Assembly: GCA_963736855.1 (NCBI GenBank)
Contig: CAVTQK010000015.1
Coordinates: forward strand, 32,001 to 96,000
Direction: 5' to 3'
DNA: 64,000 nt
DNA from: an uncultured delta proteobacterium
GTDB lineage: Bacteria > Desulfobacterota > Desulfobacteria > Desulfobacterales > UBA2156
The notes below the pieces were generated by a model. The model did no database searches. It worked only from the letters and a program-made list of their open reading frames with translations, and had not been told where the DNA came from. A program made the translations under genes and the position numbers. Below are positions 1 to 9,121 of this stretch, piece by piece (position 1 is the first letter of the stretch; each line of letters begins with the position of its first letter).

Positions 1-39
1 CAACGGCATGGAATTTAAGGAATAACAAGCGAGGGGCGT

Positions 40-1353
40 ATGGATGATGCATTAATTCCCAAAGGGGTCAAACGTTGCCCACTACCGGAATTTCTCGTGA
101 AGCTGGGACCGGTGGTTGCTGTTTTGATCTGGGGCGTAGTCGCCATGTTCATGTGCTGGTTCAAGGGACTCAATCAGACCAACATGAACGACTCGTATGG
201 GTTTGCCCTCTGGATCTGGGCGGACCTGACGGTGATCGCCCTGGGCGGCGGCGCCTTTTTCACGGGTTTATTGAGGTACATCATTGGAAAGGATAAGCTT
301 AAAAATATCATCAACTTCGCCGTGCTCATCGGGTTTATCTGTTACAGTTCGGCATTGTTGATTTTGGCCATCGATATCGGACAGCCTCTGAGGGGATGGT
401 TTATCTTCTGGCATGCCAACGTGCATTCGATGCTCACCGAGGTGGCCTTCTGCCTCACCTGTTATTTCGGTGTCCTGACTATTGAATATCTGCCCCTGGT
501 TCTGGAAAATCGCCAGGTCGACCGAGTGTCTTTTTTTCACCATTTGAGTCACAACATGCATGAGGTCATGCCGATATTCGCTGCGACGGGTGCTTTTTTA
601 AGCTTTTTCCACCAGGGTTCTCTGGGAGGTGTCGCCGGTGTTCTCTTCGGCCGGACCTTTGCGTTTCGTGAAGGCGTATTCATCTGGCCCTGGACCTTTT
701 TCCTATTTACCTGGTCCGCGGCGGCGTACGGCCCCTGTTTTACCATTATGCTCGCCAAAATCACAGAGAAAATCACCAAAAAGAAGCTCATCAAGGATGA
801 TGTCTATGAGCTTTTGGCCAAGATCGCCGGATGGATGATGGCTACCTATATTATAGCCAAGATCATCGACACCTGGTACTGGGCTATGGTAACGGCTCCC
901 TCCAGAGGTCAGGGATTCATGGAGTTTTACTCCGACAACCCCTTCTACGGAATTTGGATCCTCGTTTTGGAGATCGTTGTCGGCGGTGTGATTCCGGCCC
1001 TTATCCTGATCACGCGGAAAGGGAGAAGCACTCCGACATTGCTGATGATCGCAGTGGCGTTGAGTGTCATCGGCGTTTCCGTCAATCGATGGGTCATGGT
1101 ACTCCAGGTCATGGCCGTTCCCGTGCTTACCTTTGAAGGATGGCCCATGTATTATCCCAGCTGGCAGGAAGTGGCCACGACCCTTCTGCCCGTGGCTTAT
1201 GGCATTCTTCTGGTGGCTTTTTCTTATCGCTATCTCCCGGTGTTTCCCCAGGAAGCGGAGCTGAATCCGATTGCTTCGGAATCCGAGGAGACGGCGGAAT
1301 CCGTTACGACCTCTGAAACCGCCGATGCAAAACTGAGCCCGGCCAAGGCATAA
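40..1353 (+). CDS. qrcD: NrfD/PsrC-family integral membrane subunit, quinone reductase complex QrcD-like
   Basis: 437 aa, about 10 hydrophobic segments, NrfD motifs (DIGQPLRGW, HQGSLGG, YYPSWQE); N-terminus MDDALIPKGVKRCP resembles QrcD. Confidence 0.75.
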   Translation: MDDALIPKGVKRCPLPEFLVKLGPVVAVLIWGVVAMFMCWFKGLNQTNMNDSYGFALWIWADLTVIALGGGAFFTGLLRYIIGKDKLKNIINFAVLIGFICYSSALLILAIDIGQPLRGWFIFWHANVHSMLTEVAFCLTCYFGVLTIEYLPLVLENRQVDRVSFFHHLSHNMHEVMPIFAATGAFLSFFHQGSLGGVAGVLFGRTFAFREGVFIWPWTFFLFTWSAAAYGPCFTIMLAKITEKITKKKLIKDDVYELLAKIAGWMMATYIIAKIIDTWYWAMVTAPSRGQGFMEFYSDNPFYGIWILVLEIVVGGVIPALILITRKGRSTPTLLMIAVALSVIGVSVNRWVMVLQVMAVPVLTFEGWPMYYPSWQEVATTLLPVAYGILLVAFSYRYLPVFPQEAELNPIASESEETAESVTTSETADAKLSPAKA

Positions 1354-1365
1354 AAGGAGGAGAAG

Positions 1366-1524
1366 ATGTTTCCATTTAACTTCGAATGGATCTGGGATAT
1401 GTCCCATATGGTCTTCATGGGGGGGCTCTGGTTTGCGCTGACGATCCTCGGTCTTGGCATGACCTATTGCGTGATTAAAGCCGCTATCGACGCGGCCAAG
1501 GGTAAAGGCGGCGGACACCACTGA
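1366..1524 (+). CDS. Small 52-aa single-TM protein (not in ORF track)
   Basis: AAGGAGG RBS at 1354-1360; MFPFNFEWIWDMSHMVFMGGLWFALTILGLGMTYCVIKAAIDAAKGKGGGHH*; followed by terminator. Confidence 0.8.
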   Translation: MFPFNFEWIWDMSHMVFMGGLWFALTILGLGMTYCVIKAAIDAAKGKGGGHH

Positions 1525-1542
1525 ATAGTTGGATATAGACGC

Positions 1543-1585
1543 AAAAAAGCGCTTCCGCCGGAGCAGTCGCGGGAAGCGCTTTTTT
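1543..1585 (+). terminator. Intrinsic terminator (possibly bidirectional)
   Basis: AAAAAAGCGCTTCC...GGAAGCGCTTTTTT inverted repeat with T-tract. Confidence 0.75.
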
Positions 1586-1598
1586 ATTAGGAGGATAA

Positions 1599-2852
1599 AT
1601 GGATCGGATCGTAATCGAGGGAGGGCGAGTGCTGAAGGGGGAGGTTCGAATCGGGGGCGCAAAGAATGCGGCTCTTCCGATTCTTGCATCCGCCCTCTTA
1701 ACGGACGGCTGGAATACCTTTTCCAATGTCCCGAATCTGATGGATGTGGAAAGCATCAATCGTTTATTGACCCACCTGGGGGCTTCGGTTGAAAGCGGTC
1801 CGGGGACGGTCCGGATCAACGCCGCCGGCCTGAACAACTCCGAGGCTCCTTACGATCTGGTCCGAAAGATGCGGGCCTCCATCCTTGTTCTGGGGCCCCT
1901 GGTGGCAAGATTGAAAAGGGCCAGGGTTTCTCTTCCCGGGGGATGCGCCATCGGTGCCAGACCCGTCAATATTCATCTGAAAGCCCTCTCGGAGATGGGG
2001 GCTGTCCTGGAACTCAAGGGCGGATATGTGGAAGCCGCCGCTGAGACCCTCCGTGGAAAGGAGCTCTTCCTGGATCTTCCGACGGTGACCGGAACCGAAA
2101 ACATCATGATGGCCGCGGCGCTGGCGGATGGACAGACCATCATTCGAAATGCCGCCCGGGAGCCTGAGGTGGTCGCCCTGGCAGACACCCTTAATAAAAT
2201 GGGGAGCTCGATCACCGGGGCGGGCACATCCGTCATCACGATACAGGGGGTTTCCTCCCTGTCCCCGGTTTCCGTGTCCATCATACCGGACCGCATTGAA
2301 GCCGGGACCTTCATGGTGGCGGCAGCCCTTACCCGGGGAGACGTCCTGCTGAAAGGGTGTGAGCCGGGACACCAGAATGCTCTCATCGACAAACTCACGA
2401 TGGCCGGGGCGAAGATTCAAACCGAGGAAGGGGCTATTCGCATCCGCGGATGCGATGTTGTTGAGAGCGTTGACGTAAAGACTCTCCCATACCCCGGCTT
2501 CCCAACGGATATGCAGGCTCAGTTCATGGTGCTGATGTCGGTGGCAAACGGTTTGAGTGTTATTTCAGAGACCATTTTTGAAGACCGGTTTATCCACGTC
2601 GGTGAGCTGCGCCGGTTGGGGGCTGACATCACGGTTTCCGGAAATACCGCCGCCATCAAGGGCGTGCCCATGCTTTCCGGGGCCCCGGTGATGGCAACAG
2701 ACCTGAGAGCCAGCGCCTCCCTGGTGCTGGCCGGCCTGGTTGCTAAGGGAAAAACAGAGATCAACCGGGTATATCATCTCGATCGCGGTTACGAACGACT
2801 GGAAGAAAAATTCGCCCGCTTGGGTGCTTTTATCAAACGCGTTAAAAGCTAG
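1599..2852 (+). CDS. murA: UDP-N-acetylglucosamine 1-carboxyvinyltransferase
   Basis: [19 protein letters not shown] (catalytic Cys), [17 protein letters not shown]. Confidence 0.98.
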   Translation: MDRIVIEGGRVLKGEVRIGGAKNAALPILASALLTDGWNTFSNVPNLMDVESINRLLTHLGASVESGPGTVRINAAGLNNSEAPYDLVRKMRASILVLGPLVARLKRARVSLPGGCAIGARPVNIHLKALSEMGAVLELKGGYVEAAAETLRGKELFLDLPTVTGTENIMMAAALADGQTIIRNAAREPEVVALADTLNKMGSSITGAGTSVITIQGVSSLSPVSVSIIPDRIEAGTFMVAAALTRGDVLLKGCEPGHQNALIDKLTMAGAKIQTEEGAIRIRGCDVVESVDVKTLPYPGFPTDMQAQFMVLMSVANGLSVISETIFEDRFIHVGELRRLGADITVSGNTAAIKGVPMLSGAPVMATDLRASASLVLAGLVAKGKTEINRVYHLDRGYERLEEKFARLGAFIKRVKS

Positions 2853-2889
2853 TCCCCGCATTCGAGACATGACTCTGATTTGGACTAAG

Positions 2890-5514
2890 ATGAATCAGGG
2901 GCATTATCATCGCCCACTGATCCCTTTGCTGCTTTCCTTGATACTTGGGATCTTTGCAGGGATCGAATATCCGGGTCATCCTTTATGGGCAGCCGGCGCT
3001 GCATGCATTGCAGGGGCCTTCCTCATTCGGTGTCTTGCCCTCAAGAAAAGCACATCTTTTTCCCCGCTCATTTTCTTTTTTCTGATCGGTTATTTCAGTA
3101 TCCAACCCTGGGCGGCTCCCCGATTTTGTGATGATCATGTGGTGCGCTTAATCGGACCCGAAAAACAGCATCTCTTGGGAACCGTAGAGGAAGTGATTAA
3201 GAGGAGTGAAAAGCGGACCAGTTTTATACTTGGAAACATTTTCATAAGAAAAGGAGACTCAGAGGCGCCTTTCCCGGTGGTCGGAAAGATCCGTGTGTCT
3301 TGCTGGGGAAAAGCGCCGGATTTCTCCGCTGGGGATATCCTGTTCATGCTGGCGCGGATCCAACCCGTTAAGCATTTCAAAAATCCCGGCGGATTTGATT
3401 ATCAAAGACACTTGGCGTTTCAAGGTATATGGGCCACAGCCTATACGTCGGAAAAAGATCTGGTTGTAGAACCACATGAAGCTTCGGCATCCTTTTCCCA
3501 CCGTATTCGATCCTTCCGCCGAAGCCTTTCCCATTTCATCGACCAAAAGGTTATAAGCGAAACAAAACAGGAGGTCAGTGGCATCCTCAAGGCCCTGGTT
3601 CTCGGCGATCAAAGAGAAATTTCAACGGATCTCAGGGATGCCTTCAACCGAGTAGGAGTCAGCCATATTCTGGCCATTTCGGGGCTGCACATCGGCATTG
3701 TGGCTGGGGGAGCGTTTTGGATATTTGTCCGGGTGCTCTCCTTTTTCCGGATTTGTTTATGGCATGCCTGGACCCGGAAGGGGGCAGCGCTCTTATCCAT
3801 ACTTCCTGTCCTGATTTACGGGGAGTTGTCCGGATGGTCTCCCTCCACCCAGCGTGCCGTCATCATGGTCGGGGTTTTTCTTGCAGCTTTTTTCGTCGAA
3901 AAGGAGTATGAACCTTTCAATACCCTCGCTGTTGCCGCGCTGGGAATTCTGATCCTCGATCCCCCCGCCCTTTTTTCCATCTCCTTTCAACTCTCGTTCG
4001 CTTCTGTTTTCTGGATCCTTTTCGGCATGGGGAGAACAAAACACTGGTGGAAAAGATCCGCGAAAGCAGATCCGGAGCCCCTTTTCTTGCGGATTAAAAG
4101 ATGGATTCTCTCGTCTTTTATGGTTACCGCCTTTGCATCCCTGGGAACGCTCCCCCTTGTGATGATGTATTTCAATCAGGTCTCGCTGATTTCCCTGGTG
4201 TCCAATGTGGTGATTATCCCCCTCATGGGATTTATCGCCGTACCTGCAGGGCTGATGGCCGTTTTCCTGTATCCCATTCATCTTCAGACTTCGGCTTTTC
4301 TCATCCAGATCAGCAGCTTTGCCATTGAGCTGGCCATCTGTATGGTGCATCTCTTTTCCCGGGTGCCTTTTGGATCCATGAAAACGGTCACGCCGAGTTT
4401 TCTGGAGGTTATATTGTTCTACACGGCCATCTGGGCACTGTTCGATTTGGGAAAGCGGCAGAAAACGGCGCATCATTTTTCCATTATCGGGGAGAAGGAA
4501 AAGGGAGTTCTTCCGTTTGTAAATCGTTTCATCCGCAGGATGTTCACATCATATAGGAGCCAAACGGCACTTCTGGTTATCTCCGTTTTGGCAATCGCGG
4601 ACATCGGCTATTGGATGCATTACCGGTTGTGGCACAAGGATCTGCGGATCAGCATCATCGACGTGGGGTTAGGGAATGCGATTCTGGTGGAACTGCCGAA
4701 GGGCTACAATCTGCTCATCGACGGGGGAGGGTTCCCGGACAACGAGGCCTTCGATGTCGGGGCTAGTCTGGTGGCGCCGTTTCTATGGCGCAACAAGATT
4801 GTTTCCATCGACACCGTTGCCTTGTCCCACCCCGACGCCGATCATTTGAACGGCCTGGTTTACATCGCTCAAAACTTTGGTGTTAGAGAACTCTGGACCA
4901 ACGGTGAGCAAGAAGACTCCCATGCATACCGGAGGCTCCTTGAAATCGTTCGGGAAAAAGGAATTCCCATGCCTGCTTACGAAAGGCTTGAGCGGTCTTC
5001 CCGGATTCATGGAGCCCTCATTGAAATTTGGTATCCGCCCCCAGAGTACCAAGAAACAAAGAAAACGTGCCGATGGCGGAACTCCAACAACAATTCCATG
5101 GTCATCCGCATCCAATACGGAGATTATTCATTCCTCTTTCCAGGAGATATCATGGCAAAGGCGGAAAAAGAACTGATCGATATGGCCGGGAATGCGATTC
5201 GAAGCACCCTGATGGTGGCCCCGCATCACGGAAGCAATACTTCGAGCACCTTGGATTTCCTGGACGCCATCAAGCCGCAATATATTATCGTTTCCGCGGG
5301 GGACAAAGGGCCCCACCCGGAAGTTTTTGAACGATACCGTCGTCTGGGTGCAACCATTTTTCCGACCCACGTCTATGGCGCCATAAGGGTTTTCGCAGAC
5401 AATGATTCGCTAAAGATCGTACCGACGGTGAATAAAGCCCCATCTGTGTTCAGAAGCTTTGGCGTATCGTGGACCCCATACAAGTCGGGAATAGAGAACC
5501 CGGCTTATAATTGA
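2890..5514 (+). CDS. comEC: DNA internalization competence protein ComEC/Rec2 (start uncertain)
   Basis: NPGGFDY, SHILAISGLH, SFQLSF, C-terminal metallo-beta-lactamase domain (SHPDADHLNG, PHHGS). Confidence 0.93.
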   Translation: MNQGHYHRPLIPLLLSLILGIFAGIEYPGHPLWAAGAACIAGAFLIRCLALKKSTSFSPLIFFFLIGYFSIQPWAAPRFCDDHVVRLIGPEKQHLLGTVEEVIKRSEKRTSFILGNIFIRKGDSEAPFPVVGKIRVSCWGKAPDFSAGDILFMLARIQPVKHFKNPGGFDYQRHLAFQGIWATAYTSEKDLVVEPHEASASFSHRIRSFRRSLSHFIDQKVISETKQEVSGILKALVLGDQREISTDLRDAFNRVGVSHILAISGLHIGIVAGGAFWIFVRVLSFFRICLWHAWTRKGAALLSILPVLIYGELSGWSPSTQRAVIMVGVFLAAFFVEKEYEPFNTLAVAALGILILDPPALFSISFQLSFASVFWILFGMGRTKHWWKRSAKADPEPLFLRIKRWILSSFMVTAFASLGTLPLVMMYFNQVSLISLVSNVVIIPLMGFIAVPAGLMAVFLYPIHLQTSAFLIQISSFAIELAICMVHLFSRVPFGSMKTVTPSFLEVILFYTAIWALFDLGKRQKTAHHFSIIGEKEKGVLPFVNRFIRRMFTSYRSQTALLVISVLAIADIGYWMHYRLWHKDLRISIIDVGLGNAILVELPKGYNLLIDGGGFPDNEAFDVGASLVAPFLWRNKIVSIDTVALSHPDADHLNGLVYIAQNFGVRELWTNGEQEDSHAYRRLLEIVREKGIPMPAYERLERSSRIHGALIEIWYPPPEYQETKKTCRWRNSNNNSMVIRIQYGDYSFLFPGDIMAKAEKELIDMAGNAIRSTLMVAPHHGSNTSSTLDFLDAIKPQYIIVSAGDKGPHPEVFERYRRLGATIFPTHVYGAIRVFADNDSLKIVPTVNKAPSVFRSFGVSWTPYKSGIENPAYN

Positions 5515-5752
5515 CACCGGCAGATGATGTTGGTAGTTCTAACCCTGCAGTTGCATAAAAACATGACAAGGTATAGAAAAAAAGAATGATAACAGAGAAT
5601 TTGAATACGTTTAGGCATGGCTCGCAGTAAAATACTACGGCTTCGCCCTTGGACGCCTCGGATCTGGGACATCCTCAGCTTTTGCAACAACAGGGTTAAT
5701 CTGATTGTTATCGACAGACTGAGAAGGGGGATGTGCATTCAAACTCACGATT

Positions 5753-5905
5753 GATGGCTTCATAAAAAGTCCAATTTCTGCGTTGCGCTTCATCCCATTG
5801 CGATTTCGACGTACGATAAGTACGCCTCATCACACGGGATTCGCGACGCCTTGAACTTGAACTTTTTACTTTGCCATCTGACTTTCGACTTTTTACGAGT
5901 TCATC
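5753..5905. mobile_element. MITE-like element copy A (153 bp)
   Basis: Termini GATGGCTTCATAAAAAGTC / GACTTTTTACGAGTTCATC; direct repeat ACGATT at 5747-5752 and 5906-5911; homologous to 46088-46240. Confidence 0.85.
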
Positions 5906-6009
5906 ACGATTGAGGATCTGAAGAACATACGGGGAAAAGCCGCAAAGGCTTTGACGCTCCGGAAAGGGTAAACAAACCAATCTGAAGCAATCGACCGGAT
6001 TCTTTAAAA

Positions 6010-7113
6010 ATGAGAGTGGGTGACAAGGACATGCGGCCCATCTGGCTGGATGACCAGACCGGGACCGTGAAGGTGATCGATCAGCGATATCTGCCCCACC
6101 GCTTCGTTGTAGCGGAACTGAAAACCGTCGAGGATATCGTTAAGGCCATACAGGAAATGGTGGTTCGCGGTGCTCCCCTCATTGGTGTCACCGGAGCATA
6201 TGGTGTGTATCTGGCCGCAAAACAGGCGGCAGGCGTCATGGATGATCGCTTTCAACGGTTTTGCGGTCAAATCAAAGCCGCGCGACCTACGGCGGTCAAT
6301 CTGTCTTGGGGAGTCGATCGCGTTTACAGTAAGGCAGCCGGCATCTCTTTGCCGACTTCATGTATCGAAGCCGCCAAAAAGGAGGCGGCTGCCATTGCCG
6401 AGGAAGAGGCTGAAAATTGCCGGCGCATCGGCATACACGGGGTTCGGTTAATCCGGGAGGTAATGGCCGAAAAGACTCGGGGGCCGGTGAATATCCTGAC
6501 CCACTGCAATGCCGGATGGCTGGCCTGCATCGAATATGGGACCGCCACCGCTCCCATTTATGCGGCCCATGACGAAAGAATCGATGTCCATGTGTGGGTG
6601 GACGAAACCCGTCCGTTGAACCAGGGTGCAAGACTCACGGCCTGGGAGCTTGGCGGATACGGTGTCAAACACACCGTGATCACGGACAATGCCGGTGGTC
6701 ATCTCATGCAGCACGGCCTCGTGGATATAGTGATCGTAGGCACGGATCGAACCACTGCAACCGGGGATGTGGCCAACAAGATCGGCACATATCTCAAGGC
6801 ACTGGCGGCCAAGGACAACGGAATCCCTTTTTATGTGGCGCTTCCTTCCACGACATTCGATTGGAGCCTGGAAGACGGTGTCCGGGAGATTCCCATTGAA
6901 GAACGGGATCCCGATGAGGTCCGTTACGTACAGGGGCTTGATGGCGGAGTGAGCCGTCGGGTCCTCGTTCCTCCGGAAACAAGTTCCTGTGCCAACTACG
7001 CCTTTGACGTGACTCCGGCCCGGTTGGTCACCGGCTTCATTACCGAGCGCGGTGTTTGCAGTGCTTCGAAGGATGCCATCAAAGAGCTGTTCCCCGAAAA
7101 ATTCGGAGGGTAA
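6010..7113 (+). CDS. mtnA: S-methyl-5-thioribose-1-phosphate isomerase
   Basis: MVVRGAPLIG, RPTAVNL, LTHCNAG, DETRP.NQGARLTAWEL, GDVANKIGTY. Confidence 0.95.
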   Translation: MRVGDKDMRPIWLDDQTGTVKVIDQRYLPHRFVVAELKTVEDIVKAIQEMVVRGAPLIGVTGAYGVYLAAKQAAGVMDDRFQRFCGQIKAARPTAVNLSWGVDRVYSKAAGISLPTSCIEAAKKEAAAIAEEEAENCRRIGIHGVRLIREVMAEKTRGPVNILTHCNAGWLACIEYGTATAPIYAAHDERIDVHVWVDETRPLNQGARLTAWELGGYGVKHTVITDNAGGHLMQHGLVDIVIVGTDRTTATGDVANKIGTYLKALAAKDNGIPFYVALPSTTFDWSLEDGVREIPIEERDPDEVRYVQGLDGGVSRRVLVPPETSSCANYAFDVTPARLVTGFITERGVCSASKDAIKELFPEKFGG

Positions 7114-7123
7114 AACAGGGGAG

Positions 7124-7612
7124 ATGCTTTCCGAGCTTGAAAAAAAAATCATTGCCCTGATCCAGGGCGATATTGCCATCATCAAAAGACCTTACTTCCA
7201 GATGGCGCAACGGCTCTCCATATCAGAGGATGCGCTTCTCAAGACCTTGAAGGAATTATGCAAGAAAGGGGTTATCCGCCGCTTCGGCGCCACCCTTCGA
7301 CACCAGAAATCCGGGTATACGGCAAACGTGATGGCGGCCTGGCAGGTTGAAGAAGACCGGATCGAGGAAGTGGGTCAAAAAATGTCAAGGTTCCGTCAGG
7401 TATCTCATTGTTACCGTCGAAACCCGGCAGAAGGTTGGCCCTACAATCTCTATACCATGATTCATGGAAAAGACGAGGCGTCCTGCCTGAAAATCGTCCA
7501 AGAAATTGCAGAGAAGACGGGAGTGTCCTGTTACACCCTTTTGTTCAGCAAAAAAGAGCTGAAAAAGACCTCCATGGAATACTTCCCGGGGGCGCTGCCG
7601 TACGACGGCTGA
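7124..7612 (+). CDS. ahbB: Siroheme decarboxylase beta subunit (AsnC-like NirDL/AhbB)
   Basis: GVIRRFGATLRHQKSG, VSHCYRR, WPYNLYTMIHG, ELKKTSMEYF. Confidence 0.85.
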   Translation: MLSELEKKIIALIQGDIAIIKRPYFQMAQRLSISEDALLKTLKELCKKGVIRRFGATLRHQKSGYTANVMAAWQVEEDRIEEVGQKMSRFRQVSHCYRRNPAEGWPYNLYTMIHGKDEASCLKIVQEIAEKTGVSCYTLLFSKKELKKTSMEYFPGALPYDG

Positions 7613-7619
7613 TTCCATC

Positions 7620-8975
7620 GTGGGCATCCGGTCTCCCCATGTCCTGATTGTTAACCCCTGGATCCATGATTTTGCGGCCTATGATTTCTGGGCTAAGCCC
7701 ATGGGGATCCTACTGCTGGGGGCTGTACTGAGACGATGCGGTATCGACGTTTCTTATGTCGATTGCCTGGACCGTTTTCACCCCAGGGCCTCTTTCGCCC
7801 TTAGCGGCGTCCGTCTCGGCAAGGGTCCCTATCTAAAGACATGGATCCCAAAACCCGTAGGGCTTGAGGATGTACCCAGACGGTTTTCCAGGTACGGTAT
7901 TTATCCTGACTGGCTCCGGGAAGACCTTCTCCGATTATCTCCTCCGGATTTGATTCTGGTCACTTCCGTCATGACATACTGGTGGACCGGAGTTCGGGAA
8001 ACCATCATCGTTATTAAAGAAATGTTTCCTGCAACCCCCGTGGTATTGGGGGGGATCTACGCGACTCTATGCACCGAACATGCCCGACAAAGAAGCGGCG
8101 CAGACCGCGTTTTGAACGGCTCTGGTGAAATCCATGTCTTCAATCTGGCCGCAGAATTGACGGGGCGTTCCACGGAATCCTTACAAGCCCAAAGCGGATT
8201 CGATCCCGATAACCTGGATACCTGGCCATACCCGGTCCTGGATCTTTATAAAAAGATTCCTTACGTCCCTCTGTTGACATCCGTCGGATGTCCGTTTACT
8301 TGTTCCTATTGTGCGTCACACGCCCTTTTTCCGAAACGGATGCAACGTTCACCGGAGGCCGTCGTTCAAGAGATTCGCCATTGGCACATGGCGTACGGTG
8401 TAGCCGATTTTATACTTTATGACGATGCGTTTCTCATCGATGCACCCCATCATGCCATCCCGATCCTGGAAAGGACGATCCGGATGCATCTGCCCATACG
8501 TTTTCATACTCCCAATGCCCTGCATATTCGACAGATCACCCGATCGGTGGCTCGACTGCTCAAGCAGGCCGGGTTTCATACCATACGGCTGGGACTGGAG
8601 ACCACAGTAGTTGAAAATCGGGAAAGGCTAGACCATAAGGTGACCCTGGAGGAGTTCTCCCGGACCGCTGCCTACCTTTCTGAAGCGGGTTTTACCCGGG
8701 AACAGGTAGGCGCATACCTGCTGGTGGGGCTTCCGGAACAGGATTTTTCTTCCGTGGAATCGTCCATCAATACCGTGAAATCATGCGGGATCCGCCCCAT
8801 TCCGGCATACTATTCGCCCATCCCTCAGACTCCATTATGGAAGGCGGCGATACGCTCCTCTCGATATCCTCTTGAATCGGACCCTATTTTTTCAAACAAC
8901 GCTATCATGCCTTGCCAAAAGACGCCTTTTTCATGGGAAAGGATCACACAGATCAAACAATGGACATCAGACTGA
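7620..8975 (+). CDS. B12-binding-domain radical SAM protein
   Basis: N-terminal NPWIHDFAAYDFW..P.G, LGGIYATL; CxxxCxxC (CPFTCSYC). Confidence 0.88.
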   Translation: MGIRSPHVLIVNPWIHDFAAYDFWAKPMGILLLGAVLRRCGIDVSYVDCLDRFHPRASFALSGVRLGKGPYLKTWIPKPVGLEDVPRRFSRYGIYPDWLREDLLRLSPPDLILVTSVMTYWWTGVRETIIVIKEMFPATPVVLGGIYATLCTEHARQRSGADRVLNGSGEIHVFNLAAELTGRSTESLQAQSGFDPDNLDTWPYPVLDLYKKIPYVPLLTSVGCPFTCSYCASHALFPKRMQRSPEAVVQEIRHWHMAYGVADFILYDDAFLIDAPHHAIPILERTIRMHLPIRFHTPNALHIRQITRSVARLLKQAGFHTIRLGLETTVVENRERLDHKVTLEEFSRTAAYLSEAGFTREQVGAYLLVGLPEQDFSSVESSINTVKSCGIRPIPAYYSPIPQTPLWKAAIRSSRYPLESDPIFSNNAIMPCQKTPFSWERITQIKQWTSD

Positions 8976-9121
8976 TGCTTTTGAGGATCTGAAAACCGGT
9001 GAGGGCCGCGGCTGAATCTTGACATGGACTTCAGACGACCTGTATTTTGAATGTGCTTCATCCTGAATCCATGCTTAAATGAAGGTTCGGAATAATAAAA
9101 GAAAATAGAAAGGGGATTTTC

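Noticed and set aside
5708..5980. 90-aa minus-strand ORF (and the 63-aa ORF at 46118-46309)
   Set aside because: They lie over MITE copies; chance ORFs of the repeat with no protein motif
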